A stretch of DNA of 64,000 bases from an uncultured Gammaproteobacteria bacterium (GTDB taxonomy: Bacteria; Patescibacteriota; Patescibacteriia; SG8-24). The position numbers were made by a program, and so were the translations under genes. The DNA is taken from assembly GCA_964491475.1 (NCBI GenBank), contig CAZBFO010000003.1, positions 72,766-136,765 of the forward strand, in the 5' to 3' direction. Shown here piece by piece: positions 54,562 to 62,180 of the stretch (position 1 is the stretch's first letter; each line of letters starts with the position of its first letter). The notes beneath the pieces were generated by a model that saw only the letters and a list, made by a program, of their open reading frames with translations, made no database searches and was not told where the DNA came from.

Positions 54562-55641
54562 ATGCGCATAGTGTTTACCGGCGGCGGGTCGCTTGGGCCC
54601 GTGACGCCGCTCATTGCGGTGATGCACGAGATTCGTCGGCTTCGGCCAGACGCCTCTTTTTCGTGGATCGGCACGGAGGGCGGCGTGGAGGAGAGGTTGG
54701 TGAAGGAGGAGCACCTGCCCTTCAACGCCATTTCTTCGGGGAAGCTGCGCCGCTACTTTTCTTGGAAGACGTTCGTCGAGCCGCTGAACGTGGCTCGCGG
54801 TTTCTTTCAGGCGCGCAGGTTTCTTCGCGCCGAGGGGGCTGACGCGGTGGTGAGCGCCGGCGGGTTCGTGGCGGTGCCGGTCGCCTGGGCGGCATGGTCA
54901 TTGGGGATTCCGGTGCATGTGCATCAGCAGGATGTCATTCCGGGGTTGGCCAACCGGCTGACCCTGCCAGTGGCCAAGTCGCTGTCCGTGACGTTGGAGA
55001 AATCCGTGAAGGATTTTCCGGGGCACAAGGCGGTCTGGACCGGCAATCCGGTGCGGGCCGAAGTGCTTTCGGGGTCGCGCGAGCTGGCGCTGTCGTCGTT
55101 CGGGCTTGAACGCGGCGTGCCGGCGGTGCTGATCGTCGGCGGCGGCACGGGAGCCACGGGGCTGAACAAGCTGGTGTGGCCGATGTTGCACGTACTGACT
55201 GATCGCGCCGAAATCATCCACTCCGCGGGTCTCGGCAAAGCCGATTCGTCGAGGAAGATGGCGCGCTACCATCAGTTCGAGCTGCTCACCGGCAACATGC
55301 CCGAGGCGCTGGCGGTGGCCGACGTTGTCGTGACCCGCGCGGGAATGGGGCAGCTGACGGAGCTGGCCGCGCTCGGCAAGCCGACGGTCATCATCCCGAT
55401 GCCGGGCAGCCATCAGGAAGCCAATGCGGAAGCGTTCGGCGCGGGCGGGGGAGCGATCGTGCTTGACCAGCGCGAAACCACGCCGGAAACTTTCGCCGCG
55501 ACGGTCGCCGTGATGCTTGACGATGCCGCCGGACGGGCCCGGATGGCCAAGAAAATGCAGGCGATGCACCTGCCCGACGCGGCAGAACGCATTGCCAAAA
55601 CCGTCATCGGACTTGCCGACGGCCACCGAAAGCGGCGATAG
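54562..55641 (+). CDS. murG: UDP-N-acetylglucosamine--N-acetylmuramyl-(pentapeptide) pyrophosphoryl-undecaprenol N-acetylglucosamine transferase
   Basis: MRIVFTGGGSLGPVTPLIAV...VVSAGGFVAVPVAWAAWSLGIPVHVHQQD...VVVTRAGMGQLTELAALGKP MurG motifs. SD AGGGAAAG upstream. The longer ORF from 54511 would read into the palindromic element. Confidence 0.85.
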   Translation: MRIVFTGGGSLGPVTPLIAVMHEIRRLRPDASFSWIGTEGGVEERLVKEEHLPFNAISSGKLRRYFSWKTFVEPLNVARGFFQARRFLRAEGADAVVSAGGFVAVPVAWAAWSLGIPVHVHQQDVIPGLANRLTLPVAKSLSVTLEKSVKDFPGHKAVWTGNPVRAEVLSGSRELALSSFGLERGVPAVLIVGGGTGATGLNKLVWPMLHVLTDRAEIIHSAGLGKADSSRKMARYHQFELLTGNMPEALAVADVVVTRAGMGQLTELAALGKPTVIIPMPGSHQEANAEAFGAGGGAIVLDQRETTPETFAATVAVMLDDAAGRARMAKKMQAMHLPDAAERIAKTVIGLADGHRKRR

Positions 55642-55742
55642 GCGACCATCTTGACGAAACGCCTTTATTCTGCTAAGGTCTGCGGTCGCTCTTTTGCCCT
55701 TCATGTGCTCCTTTATATGCAATGCAAAGAGGACCCAAAACG

Positions 55743-55994
55743 ATGGCAGAAAGTATTCGAGAATCCGTTCGCAAGCGCCTCTTTGACGCTCGTCGCTGCA
55801 GCGACCCGTCGGCCTTGCTCAAAATGCTGGGCATGCACGTAAGCCGCCCCATGCTCGGTCCCGATGACCTGTCGGGCCTCACCGACCGGCAGGCGCAAAA
55901 GGCGCTTGATTTCCTGGACCGCTGGTTCCCGGACCGCTCGCTGAAACGCATCAGCGTCATCTGCGCCAAGGCACAGGCCGCCATCCGGCCATGA
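55743..55994 (+). CDS. Small hypothetical protein (about 83 aa)
   Basis: Plausible SD AGAGGA upstream of MAESIRE. No recognised domain. Codon usage is consistent with neighbours. Confidence 0.35.
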   Translation: MAESIRESVRKRLFDARRCSDPSALLKMLGMHVSRPMLGPDDLSGLTDRQAQKALDFLDRWFPDRSLKRISVICAKAQAAIRP

Positions 55995-56039
55995 CACGGC
56001 AACCGTTCGGTTGTCGTTTTTTTATTTTCCCAGTAGTCT

Positions 56040-58352
56040 TTGAGGGCTATGAGCGAATTGCCAAAGGAAGTGCCGATTGCCGAATTGGGAGCCAGGCGCG
56101 ACCAGCCGAAGATTGCCAAGTTCAACGAGCGCGCGGGCGACCTCGATCGCCGCCAAGAAGCCGGCGAAGACGTGTCCAAGGAGCGCGAGAAGCTCGACAT
56201 CGAACGCGAGACTTTTTATTACGAGCGCGACAATACCGGCGCCATCGTCCGCGACCGCTGGGGCGGAGACATCGTAGAGTCGTTTCGGGAAGAAGGGGAG
56301 CGTCTCAAGGAGCTGGAACCGAACGGCAAGATCAAGCCGAAAGAGTCTGACGAGCGCCAGCACGTGATGATGGTGGCAATGGCCGAGCTGGACCGTCTCA
56401 ATGACGAGGGCGGCCACGGCGGCGGCGACGCTTCATTGGAAAAGACTGCCGCCAACATCGAGGCGGTGATCGAAAAAGTGATGAGTGCCAAAGGCGCCGG
56501 CGGCAGCGTGGGCGAAAATGCCAGCTATGAGGTGTATCGTTACGGGGGCAACCAGTACGCCGTCGACCTCAAGGACATGGCTCCAGAGGCGGTCGCCGAA
56601 ATCACCGGGCTCCTGCGCAAACTCTCCGACAAGGAGCGCATTCCCGCGTCCTTGGAAAAGTCCGTAAAGGAGGCGCCGCCATTGGTGATCAGCAGCTTGA
56701 GCCGCAAGGAGCAGGTGACCATGATGAACAGCATTCAGGAGAAGCTGGCCGGGGCAGGACTGCAGCATTACGAAGGCGGAAAGGAGATGAATCGCGCCAT
56801 GGTCGACCTCGTGGCCAAGGCCAGCGACCTCGACATGGACATGGCGAAATTCGCCAACCGTGCCGAACGCGTCATGGAGAAAGTGGCGCGCGGCGACGCC
56901 GACGCCGACGCTTTTTTCGACAAATACATGAAGAAGGGCCTGGCCGGCAGCGCCTTCAGCTCGATTGAATCGTTCAAGAGCTTCATCGGTCCCGACGGCA
57001 AACAGACTCCCGAGTTCGCCTCGGCAGTGAGCGCCGAGGCCTCAAAGTCAGCCGCCCAGTGGTTGGCTTTGAGCAGCGCCGAGGCGGCTGACCGCGAGGT
57101 GATGGTCGCCCAAGTGGTCGCCAAGCTTCATGGCGCCACCTTGCCCGAGGTTCCCAGGGCCGAACGGTCCGGTGCCAGCGCCAATCGCGAGCTGCCCGAG
57201 CCGGAACTCGAGGGCAAGAAGCTGCTCGACCAACTCAAGGCCGAGGCCTCCGGCGCCGACGGCGATCTCGCAGAGCTGAAGCTCGGGCGAGAGAAGGCCA
57301 AGCGCGACGCGCTCACCGGCCTCGAAAAGCGCCGCACGTTCTACCTTGACCTCCGCGACCGGCTGACTCCCGACGAAGAAGGGAAGATCAAGGACACCTC
57401 CGTGGTGTTCATCGACATGGCCTTCCTCAAGTACTTCGACAAAGAAGGCGGAGCCGAAGTGGGCGACGCGGCCATCAAGCAGGCAGCCTGGGCGCTCGAA
57501 GAAGTGCAGCGCCGCATGGCCGCCAAAGGCATCGAGGTGAAGGCGCATCGCTATGCCGGCGACGAGTTTACCTTCACCGTCGACGGCGACCACGATGCCG
57601 CACGGCAGCTGACCGAAGAGCTGACCAAGGTTTCCAACGAGATTCCGCCGTTGCCGCGCCAGGCCACGTCCACCGACGCCTACGTCGACGCCGGCCTGTC
57701 ATTTAACTTCGGCGTCGCCGACGCCAAGGACCTGATGGTGCTGGAGCGCCGCATGCGCGAGCAGAAACTGGTGCCGCCCGAAGTCGACTCGAGCCCCGAA
57801 GCGCTGGCCAAGTGGCGGTCGGAGATGATCACCACCATGGCCGACGCCGGCGTGAAGGAGCAGAAGGCGCTCAACCGCTTCATGCAGCTGTACAACAAGC
57901 TGGCCGACGAGGAGCAGTTCAAGGAATCGCTCAAGTCGCAGGGCTTCAGCGACGAGCAGATCGACAACGGCATCAAGCGCCTGGTCGACTATTCGGAGAA
58001 GGCCCTCGGCAACAAGGGCAAGGACCTCAAGCGCTGGGTTGGCGAGGAGCGCATCGGTCCGGAAGAGCTGCTCAAGCGCGCCCAGGAGTCCATCAGCGAG
58101 CAGCAGCAGGGCGAGCTGAAGGAGAAGCGAGCCAAGATGGTCATCACCGACTTGGTGATCGAGTCAGGCGTGCACGAGGCCCGCTTTGACCGCGAAATCG
58201 CCGCGCAGAAGCGGCAGATGGCCGAGGTCGAGGCGCAGTACGGGCAGGAGCACGCCAAGTACCTGGCCATGAAGGACCGCATGACCAAACTCGAGACCGA
58301 GAAGGCGGACATGCTCAAAAAATACCTGGGCGGCATCGAGCAGCCCAAATAG
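56040..58352 (+). CDS. Large (770 aa) highly charged, predicted coiled-coil-rich cytoplasmic protein with a central degenerate GGDEF (AGDEF) diguanylate-cyclase-like domain
   Basis: RDALTGLEKRRTFYLDL...VVFIDMAFLKYFDKEGGAEVGDAAIK...HRYAGDEFTFTV follows the GGDEF domain order (DxLTGLxNRR ... DxD..FK..ND..GH..GD ... RYGGEEF). No TM segments. E/K/A/D-rich flanks. Confidence 0.7.
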   Translation: MRAMSELPKEVPIAELGARRDQPKIAKFNERAGDLDRRQEAGEDVSKEREKLDIERETFYYERDNTGAIVRDRWGGDIVESFREEGERLKELEPNGKIKPKESDERQHVMMVAMAELDRLNDEGGHGGGDASLEKTAANIEAVIEKVMSAKGAGGSVGENASYEVYRYGGNQYAVDLKDMAPEAVAEITGLLRKLSDKERIPASLEKSVKEAPPLVISSLSRKEQVTMMNSIQEKLAGAGLQHYEGGKEMNRAMVDLVAKASDLDMDMAKFANRAERVMEKVARGDADADAFFDKYMKKGLAGSAFSSIESFKSFIGPDGKQTPEFASAVSAEASKSAAQWLALSSAEAADREVMVAQVVAKLHGATLPEVPRAERSGASANRELPEPELEGKKLLDQLKAEASGADGDLAELKLGREKAKRDALTGLEKRRTFYLDLRDRLTPDEEGKIKDTSVVFIDMAFLKYFDKEGGAEVGDAAIKQAAWALEEVQRRMAAKGIEVKAHRYAGDEFTFTVDGDHDAARQLTEELTKVSNEIPPLPRQATSTDAYVDAGLSFNFGVADAKDLMVLERRMREQKLVPPEVDSSPEALAKWRSEMITTMADAGVKEQKALNRFMQLYNKLADEEQFKESLKSQGFSDEQIDNGIKRLVDYSEKALGNKGKDLKRWVGEERIGPEELLKRAQESISEQQQGELKEKRAKMVITDLVIESGVHEARFDREIAAQKRQMAEVEAQYGQEHAKYLAMKDRMTKLETEKADMLKKYLGGIEQPK

Positions 58353-58357
58353 GAAGA

Positions 58358-58388
58358 AAAAACCGGCATAATCCACCGGTTTTTTGGC
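58358..58388. terminator. Hairpin AAAAACCGG-CATAATCCA-CCGGTTTTTTGG after the GGDEF-like gene
   Basis: Stem with an A-run and a T-run. Confidence 0.5.
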
Positions 58389-58442
58389 TCTTGCATTCCT
58401 GGCGGCACTTAGTATAGACTGCGAGTTGTCACTTTTTTACCT

Positions 58443-58667
58443 ATGGAGAATCTCACACTTAATCTCGAGGAGTTGTACGAACAGGTAAAGGATCGCGCCT
58501 TCACGGAGGGCGCCTTCGCGCGCGAGGAATGGGACGACATCGTTGACGACCTGCTCGACTCCAAACGCGAGTTCGAGGAGATCAGCGACGACGTCGACTG
58601 GGAAGAAATCCGCGAGGCCCTTCGCGCCAAGTACGACGACTTCGAAGCCGACATCCCCGAGGTCTAG
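58443..58667 (+). CDS. Small very acidic protein (74 aa), hypothetical
   Basis: Promoter-like TTGCAT-16nt-TATAGA at ~58389-58416. Product MENLTLNLEELYEQVKDRAF...DDFEADIPEV has a pI far below 4. tRNA-Lys follows 72 nt downstream. Confidence 0.4.
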   Translation: MENLTLNLEELYEQVKDRAFTEGAFAREEWDDIVDDLLDSKREFEEISDDVDWEEIREALRAKYDDFEADIPEV

Positions 58668-58739
58668 CCCGCAGGGGGTTGAAACGGCCGGGTCTCTCTG
58701 ATAGGTTGCTGGCACGGCGACACCGCGTCAGCCGTCCGC

Positions 58740-58815
58740 GGGTCGGTAGCTCAGTCGGTAGAGCAACGGCCTTTTAAGCCGATGGTCCCGGGTTCGATCC
58801 CCGGCCGACCCACCA
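58740..58815 (+). tRNA. tRNA-Lys (anticodon UUU), CCA encoded
   Basis: GGGTCGG acceptor stem pairs with CCGACCC. D-arm AGCTCAGTCGGTAGAGC. Anticodon loop CUUUUAA. T-arm CCGGG-TTCGATC-CCCGG. Discriminator A followed by CCA. Confidence 0.9.
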
Positions 58816-58817
58816 CG

Positions 58818-58848
58818 AAAAGACCGCAGAAGGTACTGCGGTCTTTTC
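58818..58848. terminator. Hairpin AAAAGACCGCAG-AAGGTAC-CTGCGGTCTTTT directly after tRNA-Lys
   Basis: 12-bp perfect stem and T-run. Shares the AAAAGACCG/CGGTCTTTT core with the hairpin at 1470..1503. Confidence 0.65.
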
Positions 58849-59016
58849 GTACCCGAGCCACCCATTGACACCCTCCCTCATCCGTGCCAACATGCACCGT
58901 TGTCCGTCTTACTCCCAAACCGCCCGCTTTAAGGGGCTTTCACGCGGCCAGGCGGTTTCGGGAGGCCGGTCGGCACAACGCTAGGTTTCTTTCTGCAGCA
59001 GGACAGGAGGCTCACC

Positions 59017-59586
59017 GTGACACAGCAGGAAGAGGGCGACAGTGACATCGTCGCCCCGGTAGAAAGCAGCGATGGCGTAAGGTCAAAGCGCTTCCTCGAG
59101 TATTTCGTCATTTGGGAGCCGAACAATCCGCCGGTGGTTCACGAGCGCGTGCGCGTCAGGCGCGGCACGCCCGATGAGCGCCGAGTGGCATTCAAGACAG
59201 ACATCGTCATCCCCGAGCAACTGCTTCGGCGGATGGCGGGTGACGCCGAGTTCGAGGCCGGCGTGATGCGTTTCTGCACCCAATTGGGCGCGGAGATCAT
59301 CTCCACCTCGCGCGTGCGCATCTCCTGCCCGCCGAACACGGCGGGGGCAGATGGCGTGCAGGTCTTCTTCAACTACAAGTTGCGGGGACAGAAACGACTG
59401 GAGGAAGTTCCGGCAGACAAGCTGCCTGCGGACATCCTCGCCATAGTCAGGGGAAACCCGAACTATCACGACGACGAAGAGTACCGCAAGTGGTACTGGC
59501 GCTACGCCGGCAGGCGGCGGAGCGAGATCATCAGCGAAGAGGTCAGGGCGAATTACTTGGGCGGCGATGCCCCCGGTACGCCCTGA
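59017..59586 (+). CDS. Hypothetical protein (189 aa)
   Basis: ORF with GC3-rich codon usage matching neighbours. No recognised motif. Confidence 0.45.
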   Translation: MTQQEEGDSDIVAPVESSDGVRSKRFLEYFVIWEPNNPPVVHERVRVRRGTPDERRVAFKTDIVIPEQLLRRMAGDAEFEAGVMRFCTQLGAEIISTSRVRISCPPNTAGADGVQVFFNYKLRGQKRLEEVPADKLPADILAIVRGNPNYHDDEEYRKWYWRYAGRRRSEIISEEVRANYLGGDAPGTP

Positions 59587-59670
59587 CCTTCCCAGGCCAT
59601 TGCGCCGTCCGCCCGTCCGGGCGGTCTTTTTTTGCAAAAAAGAAAAACCCGGCGCGGTGCCGGGATTGGG

Positions 59671-60843
59671 TCAGGGGAAGAGGTAACGGTACGTCGCGCG
59701 GTAGATCTCGACGTACTTCACCGTTTGGGGAAAGAGGCCGTGGCCGTCTTTTTCCCAGTTGGCGGGGTCGTCGGTGAGGGCTCGGGCCGCTTTCTCTTCG
59801 CCGCCGTTGTAGGCGGCGGCCAGGAAGGCGCCGAGGTCTTCCTCGTTCTGCTGCAGACGGCGCAGGTGCCGTTCGGGCAGGCGGGTCAGTGACCAGTCGG
59901 CCAGGCAGAACTGGGCGCAGACGGCGCTCTCGTGATCGGTCATGCCCTGCACGAAGTCCTCGGGCAGGCGCGCGCGCGGGTAGCGCTTGCGCGTGATGTC
60001 GTAGGTGCTCTGGATGAACTGGGCCAAGCCGCGCGCCTTGGCGTAGGAGACGGCATAGCGGTAGGCGTCCTCGCGGTTGGTGGCCAGCACCGTCAGCACC
60101 TTGCCGCCTTCCGGCCCGATGCCGCCGCTGTCGAAGTCGTCGGGATTCACATGCTCCACCACCAGCAGTGTCGCCAAGATCTTCCAGGGCACGGTGTCGG
60201 TGGGGCGTTTCGCCGGATCGAGCTGCGACGGGACGTCGTTGGCGTTGAGCCGTTCGGTGCCGCGCTTGACCAGGTCGAGCAGGTACTCGCGGCCGGAGCG
60301 CACGCTTTCGGCGTTGCGCAGGGCGGGGGAGAACGGCACGTACACCGCGGGCACGGGGAAGCCGTGACGGCGCGGGTGGTTGACGTTGGTCTTGAGCGCG
60401 ATGACCACGTGGTCGGCGGGCAAGTTCACCTGGTACTGCGAGTTGACGCCGTTGGGGCGCACTATGGTGATGTCGCAGTCGCGGCTGCGGCAGGTGCCGT
60501 CGGTCATGGTGACCAGGCGGATGGGGCCGCAGGCGGTGGGGTTCCACAGCGCCAGGATGGCGTTGTCGCCGCCGATTTTGCCGGTCAGCAGCGGCGTGAC
60601 ATGCAGCATCGCCTTGGCCTCCTCGATTTTGCCGAGGAGCTGGTGATGCGAACGTCGCGCGGCCGGGTCAGCCTGGGCCGCCAGCGTCGGTGCCGGTACC
60701 ACGCGCACGGCCTCTTCCGGCGGCGCCGGATCGGCCTGCGACGGCGCGGGCGGTGCGGGTTCCCGTTCGCGCCTGGCGTGGCACGACAGTCCGGTCACGA
60801 GCGGCAGGCAGCAGAAAGCGAAAAGAGCGATACGTTTTGCCAT
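59671..60843 (-). CDS. Exported hypothetical protein (390 aa), possibly with a lytic-transglycosylase-like C-terminal region
   Basis: Signal peptide MAKRIALFAFCCLPLVTGLSC. C-terminal ...DHESAV...AAAYNGG is faintly reminiscent of SLT-domain ES...AYNAG motifs. Weak. Confidence 0.5.
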   Translation of the reverse strand: MAKRIALFAFCCLPLVTGLSCHARREREPAPPAPSQADPAPPEEAVRVVPAPTLAAQADPAARRSHHQLLGKIEEAKAMLHVTPLLTGKIGGDNAILALWNPTACGPIRLVTMTDGTCRSRDCDITIVRPNGVNSQYQVNLPADHVVIALKTNVNHPRRHGFPVPAVYVPFSPALRNAESVRSGREYLLDLVKRGTERLNANDVPSQLDPAKRPTDTVPWKILATLLVVEHVNPDDFDSGGIGPEGGKVLTVLATNREDAYRYAVSYAKARGLAQFIQSTYDITRKRYPRARLPEDFVQGMTDHESAVCAQFCLADWSLTRLPERHLRRLQQNEEDLGAFLAAAYNGGEEKAARALTDDPANWEKDGHGLFPQTVKYVEIYRATYRYLFP

Positions 60844-60939
60844 GGGTCCTCTCTATCACGTGGCGGGTGCATGGTTCCAGTTTCGGCAGGCAAGGTCAAC
60901 CCTGCGTTTTGACGCCGGTCGTGTTAGACTGAAGCCGAT

Positions 60940-62073
60940 ATGCAGGAACGACCGCGGCTTTCGATAGCCATGATCGGCCAAAAGTCCCTGACCGTGGGTG
61001 CGGATTCGGGCGGCGTGGAAAAGCACGTGGCGGAAATCTCTGCCCGGCTTTTGGCACGCGGGTTTGCGGTGACCGCGTACGTGCGTGCGCGTCACGCGAC
61101 GGCTTCGGCGGCTGCCGTTCCCGGCGTGAAAGCGGCAGGCATCGGCTCGATTGCCACCAAGCATCTCGATGCCATCACCTATTCGCTGTTCGCCACCTTC
61201 AAGGCGATGGCCAGCGACGCCGACGTGCTGCACTACCACGGCGTCGGTCCGGCCACCGTGGCCTGGCTGCCGCGCCTGTTCGCGCCGCGCAAGAAAGTGG
61301 TGGTGACTTTTCACAGCATCGACCGCCTGCACCAGAAGTGGGGCTTCGTCGCGCGCGCCTACCTGCGCTTCGGCGAATGGGCAGCGGTGCGCTTCCCGCA
61401 CGCCACCATCGCGGTGTCGATGTCGATCCAAAAATACTGCAAGGACAATTACGGCGCCGACGTCGACTACGTGCCGAACGGCGCCGGCATTCCGGAGTAT
61501 CCCGGCAACGACCTGTTGTCGCATTGGGGTCTTGCGCCCGGCGGCTACGTGCTGACCGTCGCGCGGCTGGTGAAGCAGAAGGGGATTCACCATCTCATCG
61601 CTGCCTACGACGGGTTCGAGGTCGAGAAGAAACTGGTCGTAGTTGGCGCGGCCGCCTTCGGCAGCGAGTACGCCGAATACGTGCGCAAGCTTTCGGAAGG
61701 GAATTCTTCGATCATTTTCACCGGCTTTCAGACTGGGCGTGCGTTGGCGCAGCTGTATGCCAACGCCTACCTGTACGTGCACCCGTCCGAGGCCGAGGGC
61801 TTGGCAATTTCCATCCTCGAAGCCATGGCCTCTGGCCGTTGCGTCCTGGTGTCCGACATTCCCGAGAACGTCGAGTCCATCGACCACAGCGGGCTGACCT
61901 TCATCAGCACCGACGTGGAAGATTTGCGCACCAAGATCCGCGAGTTGCTCAACCACCCCGAGGTGGTTCAGGCGCTCGGCGCCAAGGCCCGCGAGTGGAT
62001 CCGCTTCACCTACGACTGGGACGTAATCGCCGCGCAGATCGGCTCCGTGTACCGGCGCGTGGTCGGAAAATAG
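60940..62073 (+). CDS. GT4 glycosyltransferase
   Basis: GT-B fold motifs ...GGVEKHV... and EAEGLAISILEAMASGRCVLVSDIPENVE (E-X7-E). Confidence 0.8.
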   Translation: MQERPRLSIAMIGQKSLTVGADSGGVEKHVAEISARLLARGFAVTAYVRARHATASAAAVPGVKAAGIGSIATKHLDAITYSLFATFKAMASDADVLHYHGVGPATVAWLPRLFAPRKKVVVTFHSIDRLHQKWGFVARAYLRFGEWAAVRFPHATIAVSMSIQKYCKDNYGADVDYVPNGAGIPEYPGNDLLSHWGLAPGGYVLTVARLVKQKGIHHLIAAYDGFEVEKKLVVVGAAAFGSEYAEYVRKLSEGNSSIIFTGFQTGRALAQLYANAYLYVHPSEAEGLAISILEAMASGRCVLVSDIPENVESIDHSGLTFISTDVEDLRTKIRELLNHPEVVQALGAKAREWIRFTYDWDVIAAQIGSVYRRVVGK

Positions 62074-62180
62074 GCCCGGGGCGGATTGACAAATCCGCCT
62101 TTTTTTGATGGAGTCTGGCGGTGAGGTTGCGTGCATTCGGCACGGCATCCTGGCCCTTTCTACCGACGAAGGAGACAACT

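Noticed and set aside
58740-60843. Integrated mobile element at tRNA-Lys
   Set aside because: No integrase/recombinase, no duplicated tRNA 3' segment and no GC or codon shift were found within the window. Kept only as a low-interest note.
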